NCBI GenBank assembly: GCA_964016885.1
Contig: OZ024760.1
Location: 13,764,001-13,828,000 of the forward strand
Source: Eledone cirrhosa
Taxonomy: Eukaryota
Direction of reading: 5' to 3'
DNA: 64,000 nt
Shown here: piece after piece, positions 1-12,044 of the stretch
Numbering within the stretch: position 1 is the first letter of the stretch
Layout of the letters: each line of letters begins with the position of its first letter
Program-made: the position numbers and the translations under genes
The notes under the pieces: generated by a model
Seen by the model: only the letters and a program-made list of their open reading frames with translations
What the model was told of the DNA's origin: nothing
Database searches by the model: none

Positions 1-155
1 TATGTTATACATCCAACACTGTGTATGGTATATATCCAACAATGTGTTTGGTATATATCCAACAATCTGTTTGGTATATATCCAACACTGTCTTTGGTAT
101 ATGTCCAACACTGTGTTTGGTATATGTCCAACACTGTGTTTGGTATATGTCCAAT
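1..155. repeat. Intronic 23-bp minisatellite (about 6.5 copies)
   Basis: Unit ccaacactgtgtttggtatatat/gt repeated in tandem. The unit is itself an imperfect palindrome. Confidence 0.9.
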
Positions 156-190
156 ATTTGTTACATAAATGATTCTAATTATTCTTCTAG

Positions 191-280
191 GAAATCAGTA
201 GTATGGAAGAGAAATTAGAATACCAGCTGGAGGAACGAACCCGTGACCTGCATGACTTGCTAGACAACTGTCAAACTCGA
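191..280 (+). CDS. TMCC: Internal coding exon of a TMCC/TEX28-family (transmembrane and coiled-coil domain) gene
   Basis: ttctag acceptor ends at 190 and gtaagt donor starts at 281. The 90-nt phase 0-0 exon encodes EISSMEEKLEYQLEERTRDLHDLLDNCQTR, which resembles the TMCC C-terminal coiled coil (recalled as SMEEKxxYQxxERxRDxxExLExCQTR). Upstream exons lie outside the window. Confidence 0.9.
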
Positions 281-804
281 GTAAGTTATATCTCTTTCCT
301 TCACATATGTCAACACACCAACCGCCCAACTAGAGTAAGTTCTATCCTCTCACCTTTACAACTACCAAACTGCTTATTCTGGTACCATGATGAAAGGCAC
401 CCAGTCTACCCTTGTAAAGTGGAAGCAATAGTACCATAACAAAAAGCATCCAATCAACTTTTTGAGTTGGTATTGTTGGTGCCACAACAAAAATGAATAT
501 TCCATTTAATCAAACAATATATGTAGCCAAGAGATCGGACTTTGAAGCACTGAGAATTAATGTAAAGGATGATGTGCTAATGTGAAGAGATGCTATAAAA
601 TAAAGTGAAGACTCTTTAAAAATTTGAAAAGATGTTGCTATCGGCAGATGACAAGGGTTGGCACCCTATTTCATAGCATCTCTGCACATGAGCACTTCAT
701 TTTTTACATTAATTCCATTTAATATTTGTGTCTGTTGCTATAATTATCAGTCCTTAGAACATCTGATGGACAGCTTTGCAGTATTTGTTCCAGCTCTCTA
801 CTCT

Positions 805-885
805 CTGAGTTCAAGTCATGCGAAGGTCAACTTTGCTCTTTGTCATTTCGAGGTCCATAATAAAGTACCAGTTCAATATGGAGGT
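805..885 (+). mobile_element. Degenerate SINE (MetaSINE-like central domain)
   Basis: gagttcaagtc...ggtcaactttgctctttgtcatttcgaggtccataataaagtaccagt is a diverged version of the copies at 2772, 3626 and 4964. Confidence 0.55.
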
Positions 886-1115
886 TAATTCTTGATCTTT
901 ATCTCTTACGCTCTTTCTGTCTCCTTCTCTGAAATAAATTGGCTATGTTCAAGCCTGGAGTGGTGTTGGTCCCCAGCATGTTTAATGCTCCACAGACACA
1001 GTATGACACAACAGTACCCTACAACTCCATTGGGGATTATGGGGTACATACATCTTTTACTGTATTATTTCTATAAAAGAATGAAATATTTAATTTTTGT
1101 TTATTTTCCGTTCAG

Positions 1116-1297
1116 ATTTCCAAAATGGAGGTACAACAACAACAACAACAACAGCTGATCTCCATGGAGATGGTGGAAAATGTAACATTCCGCACACTGC
1201 TTACCAAACTAATCAACGTTGTCCTTGCAATCTTGGCTGTGATCTTGGTGTTTGTGTCAACAGCAGCTAATCTTGTGGCTCCATTCCTTACAACAAG
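1116..1297 (+). CDS. TMCC: TMCC-family penultimate coding exon (poly-Q and first transmembrane helix)
   Basis: ttcag acceptor ends at 1115 and gtacct donor starts at 1298. Encodes ISKMEVQQQQQQQLISMEMVENVTFRTLLTKLINVVLAILAVILVFVSTAANLVAPFLTT, in frame with the previous exon (CQTR-ISKME). Confidence 0.92.
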
Positions 1298-1371
1298 GTA
1301 CCTCATCTTTAAAGCAACAGCTAACACCTTAATGTGATTAAACCATCTTTATAGCAACAGCTAACTATATA

Positions 1372-1600
1372 TATTGTTTATACTCGAATATAAGCAGGCC
1401 CCACTATTTTATACTCGAATATAATCAGACTCGACTATTTTATGTCTGAGAAATGGGCAAAAAATCAAAACTGTATTTACATAGAATTTCAAATTGATGA
1501 AAATCGTTAATATTTTGACCCCAAGTATAAGCCAGCCCCCCTTCTACCATCAAATTTTTGGTCACATATTCCTCGACTTATATTCGAGTATGTACTGTAT
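1372..1600. mobile_element. MITE with pogo/Tc-like terminal inverted repeats, in the last TMCC intron
   Basis: tactcgaatataag (1381, repeated at about 1412) is inverted as cttatattcgagta (about 1577-1590). TA-rich flanks and no ORF. Confidence 0.6.
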
Positions 1601-1841
1601 ATTGTGTATATATATATACTTGATGTGTTAGACTGGTTATAGATTTTTGTTAGATTGGTCTAAGCAGATGTTTTTCATAAATTACTCGTCACAGTGGAAA
1701 ACTGGTGCAATCAGTGTTAGTTATCTTGCTCAATATCAAATTTATCTCTCTACCATACACATGCACACTCTTTTTTAACCTGCCTAACTACTTAATTTCT
1801 TACTCTCTCTCTCACTCACTCATATCTCTTTACTGTTTCAG

Positions 1842-1968
1842 AGCCAGAATATTGAGCACCACATTGTTAATATTTGTTATCGTAATGTCTTGGAAGAATT
1901 GTGACTACTTCCTGCAGTTTTTCGATTACGTTATGTCAGAATATCGACGTTTATTATCCAAGCGATAG
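1842..1968 (+). CDS. TMCC: TMCC-family terminal coding exon (second transmembrane helix and stop)
   Basis: Pyrimidine tract and tttcag acceptor end at 1841. The phase-2 junction AG+A gives Arg, followed by ARILSTTLLIFVIVMSWKNCDYFLQFFDYVMSEYRRLLSKR and TAG at 1966-1968. Confidence 0.88.
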
Positions 1969-2217
1969 CATCGACACTTCAACTTGGCTGCATTTCTTAA
2001 AACAAAGAAAGAAAGAAAGTGAAATGAAATAAAATAAAAGAAGCAAAGACTTGTATTTGTCTGCAGGAGAGCTGCCTGTGTTAAAGAAGTTCCAGCAAAA
2101 CATACAACACACAGCATCTCAAATGACAACGAACCGTATGGAGCAGGTGGCTGTGATGAAGTGAAACTGGGTTGGACAAATTTCTCTCCCCTCCCCCAGC
2201 TTTGCAAAGTAGTTGAA

Positions 2218-2258
<41 letters not shown>

Positions 2259-2771
2259 CAGCATTGTGACTCAGTTGCTACAGAAAAAAGAAAAAATTGG
2301 TATTCCACTTGCAGACACATAAGAAGAATGTGAAGATTATTATTACAACAATGGCTTGTGCCACGTGTACATGGGCTGTGTACATTTCTGATTACATCCT
2401 AAACCTAATTACACACACACAAATGCATATATATGTGTGTCTGTTAATGCATTCTATATATGTATAAATATATATATATATATAAATATTTTATATCATG
2501 TATATATGAATATTTATTATATGTATAACTATTTTATATATATTATATATATATAGATATTCTATATATATATATATAGATAGATACGCACACACATGCA
2601 CATATATATATGTGTAAATCTATACACACACCTGGCCACATACAAATCCATGTATGCATATCTATAACTTATTGACTCATACCTCCATACATTCACACAT
2701 CCACAACCAAGAAACAAATGAATTCCCTCCCCTGGAAAAGATGGAAAAAAAAACAATACAAATAATAACGG

Positions 2772-2893
2772 TTTGAGTTCAAATCCCGTCGAGGTTAACT
2801 TTGCCTTTCATCCTTACGGGGTCGATAAAATAAAGTACCAGTAATACACTGGGGTAATTGCTGGCCTTGTGCCAAAAGTAGAAACAATTATTA
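2772..2893 (+). mobile_element. tRNA-derived SINE, MetaSINE-like domain (5'-truncated)
   Basis: B-box gagttcaaatcc, then aactttgcctttcatccttacggggtcgataaaataaagtaccagt, then a ggccttgtgccaaaagtagaaacaattatt tail. Confidence 0.75.
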
Positions 2894-2964
2894 TGAAATT
2901 AAGAAACTTCTCTTAAAAACTATTGACTTGTTATTTAAGAAACAAAACAAAGACTACTATTTTG

Positions 2965-3310
2965 TTGAGAGAGAGTAGATGTACTCTTCAAGAGAGTGTA
3001 TATTGTTTCTACTTTGAAAGAGTGTATATGTACACTTAACAAGAGAGAAAGAGTATATATTAGATGTGCTCTTGGAGAGCATATTGCAGCTACTCTTGGA
3101 GAGCATACTGTGTCTACTCTCAAAGTGTATATTGTCTAATCTTGGAGAGTATATTGTCTTATCCTGGAGAGTATATTGTGTAATCTTGGAGAGCATGTTA
3201 TTGAATCTCAATGAGTATATTGTGTGTACTCTCAGATCATGAATATACTTTTTGAGATTATATTGTGTGCACTCTTATAGATGGAGTATATTCTTAGAGA
3301 GTATATTTTA
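2965..3310. repeat. Degenerate minisatellite of about 24 bp downstream of the TMCC stop
   Basis: Recurring cttggagagtatattgtgtntact-like unit, about 12-13 copies. Confidence 0.75.
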
Positions 3311-3625
3311 TGTTACTGTTGGTTACAGTCTCCATGGTGATTACTAAAGATTCGGTGCTTGGCATCCAACTTAGTTCAGCTGGATATTTCATCTGAAACA
3401 AACACTGGGTTTTTTGGGGGGTTTATTTTTTCATTGTTTATTATTATTTTTTTAAGTGTTATTTGCTGACAACTATATGAGAAACTTGTCCTTGTCTGGT
3501 GTTTACGCAGGCACAATGTCCCCAGACACAGGAGAAGTAACAAGGTACAGTGGTTTGTTAATGTGTAAAACAACTATTATTAATGTTGTTGTTGTTGTTG
3601 TTGTTGTTGTTATTATTATTATTAC

Positions 3626-3850
3626 CAGGGTGGCAGATTGGCTGAACTGATAGGGTGTTAGACAATGCTTAGCAGCATAGAGATATGGCCCTATAAGTTC
3701 TGATTTCAAATCCTGCCAAGGTTAACTTTGCCTTTCATCCTTACAGAGTCGATAAAATAAAGTACCAGTAATCTACTGGGGTCGATTTAATCGACTATTC
3801 CCTCTCCCCCCAAATTGTTGGCCTTGTGCCTAAGTCAGAAACCATTATTA
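3626..3850 (+). mobile_element. tRNA-derived SINE, MetaSINE-like (near full length)
   Basis: A-box-like ttggctgaactgatagg, B-box-like gatttcaaatcc, the same central domain, and an (att/act)n tail. Confidence 0.75.
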
Positions 3851-4039
3851 TTTTTACTACTACTACTACTGTGTTGAAAAATGTGACTTGTGACTTGAAA
3901 ATCTAACTTGTATAGCTGTCAGCAATGGTTTCTCTAATGGAGATGAACAAGTGATAAAGAACCAACACCACCCTTCCCTCCCCCCCTCCGCCCTCTTCTC
4001 TCTTGCTCTTCTAAAATCAAACAAGCAAAATAAACAAAA

Positions 4040-4075
4040 ATGATATATACACACACATATGCGTGTATATATATG

Positions 4076-4147
<72 letters not shown>

Positions 4148-4152
4148 TATGG

Positions 4153-4187
<35 letters not shown>

Positions 4188-4257
4188 TGTATATATATAT
4201 ATATATATATATGTGTATATATATATATGTGTATATATATTATATATATATATATAA
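4040..4257. repeat. Compound (AT)n/(GT)n microsatellite
   Basis: Visible directly. It is the source of the spurious YIYI/CVCV ORFs. Confidence 0.95.
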
Positions 4258-4963
4258 TGAAAGAAAACAGACATTGCAGTAAAAGTCTGCTCTCACATCA
4301 ATCCTTATATATGGCCTCTTCCTCTTAGTTTTGTTTCTGTATGTTGATGTTTTGGAAAATCTTTGTTCGTCCTTCTACCACCACCATTGCCCATCATTGT
4401 CTACCCAAACATTATTTTTCTTCCTAGTAATAAATAATTCAGTCCATATTCTTACATACTCTTGATGCCTCAAAAAGAAAAAAAAAAATCTATACACAAT
4501 GTTGTTTTTTTGTTTTTTTTTTGTCTTTGGAATTATTTTCCTTGTAGTTGGAAAACAAAATTTCATCCACCACAATCACCTCCACCAAAGTTTCATCCCC
4601 CCCCCCCCACTTCCTCCCTTCAAGGCAACCATCAGTAAGAAATGGTAGGGGATTACCTCCTTTTCGAAGCTGGTGTTTTGCTATTTTTCCTCCTTCCTCC
4701 CTCCCATTATTTTCAGTTAAACAGTGATTGTTTTACAATCACTTTGATCTGGAGGGGGTTGAATTCCTTCAGGTCACCCCCCCCCCCCCCCCCCCCACCA
4801 CCACCACCACCACCACCACCACCACCACCAAATCCCAACAATATGAAAAAGAAAAAAAAAAGGGAAAAAAGAAAATTAAAATCATTTAATAAAGAAAAAA
4901 AATATTGAAGACTTATTTTCATTTATTCTGTTCAGGTTTCGGATTTCATTATTTAATTCTATG

Positions 4964-5152
4964 GCAGTGGATTGGCAGTATCGGTAGAAGGTTGGACACC
5001 ATGCTTTGCAGCAGAGTTACGGCCCTTTGCAGTCTAAGTTCAATTCCTGCTGAGGTCAACTTTGCCTTTCATCCTTATGGGGTCGATAAAATAAAGTACC
5101 AGTAATGCACTGGATAATTGCTGGCCTTGTGCCAAATGTAGAAACAATTATT
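4964..5152 (+). mobile_element. tRNA-derived SINE, MetaSINE-like
   Basis: ggattggcagtatcggtaga head, aagttcaattcc B box, conserved central domain and tail. Confidence 0.75.
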
Positions 5153-5430
5153 TAATTCTATGAGGTTCATCTATGGACTACAGTGGTGAATCGTAGGCAG
5201 TGAGATTTATGTATGGACTAGTAAGATGTGTACATGGACATAGATAAAATTTACTTCACTTCAGTGAATAAAGGAACAAAGAATAAGATTACTGCAAATC
5301 ATAAAGGTTGACGATGTTTTTGCGGTTATTTTGTTATATTAAAATAGAAAGTGGCTTGATATCATTCATTAGTAGTAGTAGTAGCAAGGTAGTATTCAAA
5401 GCTCAGTGACAAGAGATGAGAGTCTGTATG

Positions 5431-5467
<37 letters not shown>

Positions 5468-5559
5468 ACATACACACACATATATATATATGAGCACAAC
5501 AAATATATATCGCAATAACTGAGTAAACAGCAATAACACTAACCATGTTAGGGCTGCGC

Positions 5560-6575
5560 ACGGTAGTGGGGGTGGCTGGTGCGGCCATGTGCGAGAACCC
5601 CCCCCCCCCCCCCGACCATGTTCAAGCAATCGCACTACAGGAAAAGGAACAACAAAAATATGAAGACGTTGCATCTCAGAGTTACAACACTTAATGTTGG
5701 CACTCTCACAGGTAGATCTGGTGAAATAGCAGAGATGCTTGAGAGAAGGCATGGGGATGTGTGCTGTGTGTAAGAGGTGAGATGGAGAGGTGCCTCTGTG
5801 ACACAAATCGCAGGCAAACATCTCAGTTATAAGCTTTTCTGGGTGGGTAAGGATGATGCGTTAGGGGGAGTAGGCATTTTCCTGGTTGAGAGATGGATCA
5901 GTAAGACAATAGAGATAGTTTGAGTTAATAATAGAATAATTAAGCTTAGATTAGTTGTAGGCAGGAGACTACTTGCAATCATCTCTGCCTATGTTCCCCA
6001 AGCAGGCCTAGGTAAAGAAGAGAAAGACTGCTTTTACGAGCAACTTTTACAAACAGCCGCAATGACAGAGGACGGAGACATCATTATGTTAGCAGGAGAC
6101 TTCAATGGTCATTTTGGACAGCTCCAGGATGGTTACACTGAGGTACATGGTGGGCCCGCTTACGACTCAAGATATGAAGGAAAAGTGAGACTTCTTGAAT
6201 TTTGTGATGCAAGTACAATGACCATTTGCAACACCAACTTCCAGAAACCTGCCAACCACCTAATAACCTACAAATCAGGCAAGCACATAAGCCAGATTGA
6301 CTTCTTGCTAGTTAGGCAGATGGTGTCAAATACCAAGGCATAACCCGGGGAAGAACGTACCCCACAGCATAGGTTAGTCATTAGTGATATCTCAGTAAGC
6401 AAGAGACTGAATGAGATATACAGGAAAGTGTGGAAAAAAGAAAGGTCTGGAAGCTAAAAGAGCATTCACTAAAATACAAATTTAGGGAAGCCCTTCAAGA
6501 TGTGAATGACGAAAAAGACGACGATTTAGAGTCGTATGACATAATGATAACTGGAATTTCTTACGTGACAACTTA
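5560..6575 (+). mobile_element. RTE-type LINE 5' portion (APE endonuclease), disrupted
   Basis: LRVTTLNVGTLTGR, DVCCV*EVRWRG, IISAYVPQAG, LAGDFNGH, ICNTNFQKPANHLITY and SQIDFLL are APE motifs, with stops and frameshifts. Confidence 0.85.
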
Positions 6576-6608
6576 TAGCTTGTAGCTGGAGCAGAGCTCC
6601 AACCAGAT

Positions 6609-8362
6609 AGTGACCTGGAACTAAGTAAAAAGAGGAGATAACTTGAGAGGAGCGGAGAGTGTGAGATTCGAACCATGAAACGTCGTAAGCCCCTGAGGTT
6701 AGTAAGTGGGGGTGCTACTGACTGAACAACGCGGGCAACAAGGCAAATCGTGCTGAAAATAACACTTATATCGAGAAGAAAAAAAATTTACGACGTCGTC
6801 ATCTTTGTTGTTCTTTTATTTTACGTAAACATTTCGCTGCTCTAGCGTCTTGTTTTCTATTAAATTACACTTAATTCCATTAAACATTCATTCTTGGTCA
6901 TGTTAAACTACTCCATCTTTATTTATATCACTACTACAGCCTTTTATTTCTACATATTTCACCTATACCGACTGTTACGCCGGTCCTATAAGTAGTTTTA
7001 TAACAAGAAACGATGATTTAACACCACAAAATGTGTTCTTGAGCAAGACACTTCACTTCACATTGCTCCAGTACACCTAGTTACACATAGACAGATATAT
7101 ACACGCAAGAGACACAGATAGATGTAAAGAGAGGGTGAGAAATAAGCGGTAAATAGAGTAATAGACGTAAAGAGAGGGGGCGAAACATGCGATAGATAGA
7201 GTAATAGAAGTAAAGAGAGGGGAGAGAAATAAGAGGGAGATGGAGTAATAAATGGTAGATAGAGTAATAGATGTAAAGAGAGGGTGAGAAATACGAGGTA
7301 GATAGAGTAAGATGTAAAGAGAGGGGAAGAGTGTGACACACATTTATCTGTCTATCTCTCTTTATTTTTGCTCCTTCGTTGTATCGTCGTCTCTCACCGC
7401 TCCTCCTCAAAGCCGATCGCCGCGCCCTCTTTGCTCTTTTTCAGTGACCTGGAACTAAGTAAAAAGAGTAGGAGATAACTTGAGCGGAGAGGGTGAGATT
7501 CGAACCATGTAAAATCGTAGGCCCCTGAGGTTACTAAGCGGAGCTGTTACTGCCTGAGCAAAGCAGGTAGAAAGGCAAATCGCGCTAAAAATAATGGTTA
7601 TATCGACAAAAAAAAATTTACGTGTTGCCAACTTGTTTGTTGTTCTTTTATATAGCTGCTACAAGCCTTTTATTTCTACATCTTTCACCTATACCGACTG
7701 TTACACCGGTCGTATAAGTAGTTTTATACAAAGAAACGATGATATAACTCCACAAAATGTGTTCTTGTGCAAAACTCTTCACATTGCTCCAGTACACATA
7801 GACAGATACATACATACACAGATAGAAATAAGAGGTAGATATGTAAAGAGAGGGTGAGAAATAAGTGGTAGATAGAGTAATGGACGTAAAGAGAGGGGGA
7901 GAAACATGCGGTAGATAGAGTAATAGAAGTAAAGAGAGGGGGGAAATACGAGGTAGATAGAGTAAAAGATGTAAAGAGAGTGTGACACATTTATCTGTCT
8001 ATCTCTCTCTATTTTTATACCGGTCGTTATAATTAGTTTTATAACACCGCTATATTACCGACATGAAAGAGGTAAATAATTATTTCTCTTGTTTTCTTAA
8101 ATTTATAGAACATGTTTCTGATATATATTCTTAACATAGCTAGGACCGTATTTCATTTACTGGTCTCTACTTTTAGGACTTTGCTGGTGTCATGTCCCCT
8201 CCATCAAGACACACTCGTCCCTTCTCTCACCCCCCCCCCCCTACTAATTACTACACATACGTATATATATTTATTTTAAGAAACCTTAATGACAAATAAT
8301 ATAAAGTGTTCGTAAAGTGGGAAGGGTAGTTTTACGGTCGGGTTGTTATATAGATATCGTTT
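6609..8362. repeat. Two tandem copies of a 0.8-0.95 kb composite block (minus-strand tRNA-like head and about 42-bp purine-rich minisatellite)
   Basis: agtgacctggaactaagtaaaaagag at 6609 and 7443. gagattcgaacc is the reverse-complement B box. Contains gtagatagagtaatagatgtaaagagaggg repeats. A third copy is at 15946-16962. Confidence 0.8.
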
Positions 8363-8399
8363 TTGCAGTGGAGTTGTGACTGGCGTATAATAATTAGTC

Positions 8400-10545
8400 A
8401 CTGTTGATGTATATACAAATCATATTTTGGATATAAGTGAAGTTATTTAAGAGATTTAGTTGTTTTGTATATATTCCAGTTGTTGTCTCCCTGTTTCTTC
8501 TTCAACAACTATAACGGTACGCGATGAGGCCCACCCACAGCCCCGGCGGACAGAATGGAGAAGGCGTTTCCCCGGAGCACGGCAAGGGAGACGCGCTGGA
8601 AAAGCCACTCCAACTCGCGGGGCTCACACCTGCGGCTGGCCAGCTCAGCGCCTATGGTGGTGAGTAAGGAGGTAGCCCTGGGGGCCGAGGACACCAGAAG
8701 TCTCCACTTCCAGGGGTACGACCGCAAACCTGTCGGAGAGTGAACGATATGTGAGGAGTTTGGCCCCCTCAGCCTGACGTGCAGCAGAACCTGGGCCAGT
8801 CGCAGACTGCACCAGGTTGCGGCTGCAGAAAGTGTCGGTGCAAGTGACATCCCAGACGAGGGGTTTGCCACCGCGGAACGGGAAGATGGTCATGCCATCT
8901 GGCCTTTTGCCGTCCCCTCGAGCTGGGAAGGGAAGCCTGCAGCGTCCAAGCCATGCTTAATGACTTCGTTGAGGGCAGCATGGCGTGGATTGCGGCTGGC
9001 ACTGTGGCGACAGGAAAGCGGGTGGAGGCCGAAAGAGTCCATGGTGGAACCGCAGCGACATTGGTGTGAGGCCGAGCCTCAGGGAAACGCCGATGCGCAA
9101 GCTATGGTTGTCTAGCTGCGTGCGAGTGGAGAAGGAGGGCAGGGCATGGAGCCAGGCACCACTGTGGGGTTTGGAGGCCGCACGAAAACAAACAAGGCGG
9201 TGCTGGTCGAGCTGGCGCGTGAGCCTGTCTGAGGCCAGGCTGCACTGGATGGCATCCCAAGTGTGTTGGGGGGACTTGACGTCAACAGGGGGAGAAGGAG
9301 GAGGGACGTCTACTGGGCTAAGTCCCAGCCGGTCTCACAGGCGGCCACGCGTTCTCTGAACACAGAGGGTTCTGTTGTGTTTTGAAGAACCCTGCTGACG
9401 AGGACGTGGCACGAGGTTACCGACGAAAGATACGCCGGCAAAGCTAGTGAGATTGGGGACTGGAGGCGAAGGCCGCCATACCTGACAGGTAAAGTTGCAT
9501 ATCTCATCGGCTGCTGCTCGGATACAAGTATCGAGCTCAGCGAGGAGAGATGTCTGGGTGTAGCACAGAGTGTATAGAGGAGCTTCGGCATGGCGTAGCA
9601 GTTCCTCAGCAGAAAGAGAACTTGGTGGCCATCAATCAAGCCCGGTCGACTCGTGAGAGTCTGGAGCTTTTGAAGCCTGGACCTGATGGTGGAGCGGATG
9701 GCCGGCGGGTGGATCGGTGAGGGCATCCTCTTTGGGGGTCACCTGAACCTGGCGGAGAATGGACCGCACGTCCAAGACGGAGACTGCAAAGCTTGCAGCA
9801 TCGAGGCTGACATTCACCACCTCCGACTTGGCTGAGTTGACCTGGAGGTCGATTCCCGCCAGGGCAGGAACCACCGAATGAAGGTCTTGGCAGACCGTCT
9901 GTACGGGCCCACCCAAAGTAGCATCATCCAGATACCAAACGTTGAGAGGAGCCGTTATACTCCGGGCGATGTGGTCAATACCAAGGGTGAACAGGAGGGG
10001 TCCCAAAGGGTTGCCCTGTTGGATCCCAGTAGCCGAGGGTCTGACCGTATCAGCAGCAAGTCGCATGCTCGGGGCTCCATATGACAGGTAGGCAGAGGGG
10101 GCTCGGCTGAGGCAGGCCTCGAGCAGATGATCCCAGCATAAAGAGTTGAAGGCATTCCTCATGTCAAACTTGACAATGAGGTGGCTGGAGTCCCTGGATG
10201 CCGGTTCCGAGTGTTACGGACTTGCAGATCACCTTGGCAGCCAGCCTCCGGAAGACATTGCCCACAGCAATGGGGCGTATGCCACCCTCTTTCTTCCTGA
10301 GAGCGATGAGGCTGGCCGAAAAAAAGAGGCCTCGAGCATAAGAGTCCAGGGCACCATGGATGAGCCTATTGGTGAGCACCACAATTGCACTCAGAAGGCG
10401 GCGCCCGGCCTCAGCGGAGAGGGGAGATATCAACTCCTTGAGGAGGCCTGGTCAGAGACCATCAACATCTCCGCAGCTGCTAGCTGGGAAGGACCTGATG
10501 GCGGACATGATGTCTGCATCAGGAGCCACAAGGAGCAAGTGTGGA
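8400..10545 (-). mobile_element. CRE-clade non-LTR retrotransposon (RT and REL endonuclease), frameshifted and 5'-truncated
   Basis: RT motifs LIALRKKEGGIRPIAVGNVFRRLAAK, DMRNAFNSL, GIQQGNPLGPLLF, WYLDD and LPVRYGGL. REL motifs PDGMTIFPFRGGKPLVWDVTCTDT, VPLEVETSG and LFQRVSLAVLRGNA. Forms a GC-rich island in an AT-rich background. Confidence 0.85.
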
Positions 10546-11149
10546 TTACAATACAAAAGCTCTGAGAATGATTTCTAATTAATTTTCATCAATATATATT
10601 AATATTATTATTGTTTATTAGGTCAGGTGGATTGGCCAGAACAATTCTACTCTTCTTTTTTAGATGTCACGATTTTTCATGGCATTCCTGAGATCATTAA
10701 TCTCCAGCTGGAGATCCAGAGACATCTGATGTATGTAGGTGAACCTCAGTCATCCCACTTGGGCCTTACTATGTTTAGGTATCCACCACAGGAGCCAGCT
10801 CATCAGGTCATCCTACCCTCAGCAGCAATGTCCAGCATCTATTGACTTCCGCTCCCTAGTTATTGTGGTAATCTTCAATATCTGGGAATATATTTCTTCT
10901 GCTTAAGGGAGTAATAAATATATAGTTTTAAAAAAAACATATATATACACACACATATATATATGTTGACATTTATAAGAGTTCTCTATCAAAAGCCTTC
11001 TCTATGTCCAAAGCTAAGTATAGTGGCTTATTTTTCTCTAAGAACCTCTCTTGTAGTTGTCTCACTAAGAAGAGGGCATCTGTTGTACTTTTCAGGGGCA
11101 CAAAAGCAAACTGCATCTTATACATACATACATACATATACACATACAT

Positions 11150-11330
11150 ACATCATCATCATCATCATTTCGTTTGAAGTCCGCTTTTTCCCTGCTTGCA
11201 AGGGTGGGACGGGAACTGATTCTGGCTTGATTTCTACAGCTAGATGCCCTTCCTAACACCAACCTCATTTACAGTGAGTGCTGGGTGCTTTTTTGCCGTG
11301 GCACCTCCACGACCACTTTGCAGTGGAATG
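11150..11330 (-). mobile_element. SINE/RTE-tail repeat ending in (tga)n
   Basis: The reverse complement contains gttaggaagggcatctagctgtagaaa and gcaagcagggaaaaagcggac...(tga)n. Related copies lie at 14950-15160 (+) and 28628-28800 (-). Confidence 0.7.
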
Positions 11331-11344
11331 ATATGGACCCCAGT

Positions 11345-11497
11345 CCCTATCATCTCATTTCTACAGCTGAGTAAACTGGAGCAATGTGAAATAAAGTGTC
11401 TTGCTCAAGGAAACAACACATCACCCGGTCTGAGAATTGAACTCACAACCTTTCAATTGCCAGGCCAATGCTCTAACCACTAAGCCATGTGCCTCCA
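11345..11497 (-). mobile_element. tRNA-derived CORE-type SINE
   Basis: The reverse complement reads ggaggcacatggcttagtggttagagc (A box), gagttcaattc (B box) and ccttgagcaagacactttatttcacattgctccag (CORE-like). Related copies lie near 20430-20550 and 20690-20870. Confidence 0.75.
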
Positions 11498-11520
11498 TAT
11501 ACATATACATACACATACAT

Positions 11521-11558
<38 letters not shown>

Positions 11559-12044
11559 CATACATACATACACATACATACATACACATATACATACATA
11601 TATATACATATACATACATGCACATACATACATATATATATATATACATAATATACATATACATACATACACATATATAAGCATATACACATAAGTATAT
11701 ATACATATACACACGTATATATACATATACATACATACATGTACATACATATATACACATACATACATATATACATACATACACACATATACATACATAT
11801 ATACATATACACATACACATACATACATATACATACATATACACATACATATACATACACATACATATATATATATATATATACATACACACACATATAT
11901 ACATACACACACATATATACATACACACACATATACATATACACATATATACACATACATACACATACATATACACATATACATATACACGCATATATAC
12001 ATACACACATACATACATACATACATATATATATATACATACAT

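Noticed and set aside
1-155. CRISPR-like appearance of short palindromic repeats
   Set aside because: No unique spacers, no cas genes, and a eukaryotic intron. It is a plain minisatellite.
1134-1154. Poly-Q tract in TMCC as a novelty
   Set aside because: A Q-run after ISKME is an ordinary feature of TMCC-family proteins.
4642-4922. Poly-Pro and poly-Gly ORFs
   Set aside because: They derive from a C homopolymer plus (CCA)n and A-runs, with no splice or homology support.
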